The notes under the pieces: model-generated
Told to the model about the DNA's origin: nothing
What the model saw: the letters and a program-made list of their open reading frames with translations, nothing else
Database searches by the model: none
Assembly: GCF_001194135.2 (NCBI RefSeq)
Contig: NC_068986.1
Location: 13,499,334-13,562,650 of the forward strand
From: Octopus bimaculoides
Lineage: Eukaryota
DNA length: 63,317 nt
Direction: 5' to 3'
Shown: in pieces, positions 63,277-63,317 of the stretch
Layout of the letters: each line of letters begins with the position of its first letter
Position numbering within the stretch: position 1 is the first letter of the stretch
Program-made: the position numbers and the translations under genes

Positions 63277-63317
63277 GTGTGTATGTGTGTGTATGTATGT
63301 GTGTGTGTGTGTGTGTG

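Overview
AT-rich, gappy eukaryotic genomic DNA. The SINE and LINE families point to an octopod cephalopod (Octopus-like); this is inferred, not searched. Most of the window is microsatellite plus transposon debris: three tRNA-derived SINE families, many RTE LINE fragments, R4/Dong-type fragments, one CRE-type fragment, Penelope-like remnants and many MITEs. One convincing host CDS lies on the + strand: a 2.3-kb exon (25373-27694) probably spliced to a short terminal exon (30775-30849), giving an approx. 798-aa low-complexity protein I cannot name. A possible second + strand gene (exon candidates from about 44.2 kb, signal-peptide-like exon at 56640-56708) is much weaker. Most notable signals: (1) an apparently intact minimal type I hammerhead ribozyme at 14802-14846 (-) and a decayed one at 28084-28126 (+); (2) a nest of GG-terminal, 8-bp-TSD (Merlin-like) MITEs carrying telomere-type TTAGGG repeats at 34.8-37.8 kb; (3) R4/Dong copies that sit in (CATA)n or (TAA)n microsatellites; (4) an inverted RTE junction at the window start that fits twin priming; (5) a CpG-rich domain at about 32.4-45.2 kb between CpG-poor flanks. 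Most ORFs in the supplied track are microsatellite or N-gap artefacts. Repeat boundaries are read by eye and approximate unless a TSD or TIR is quoted.
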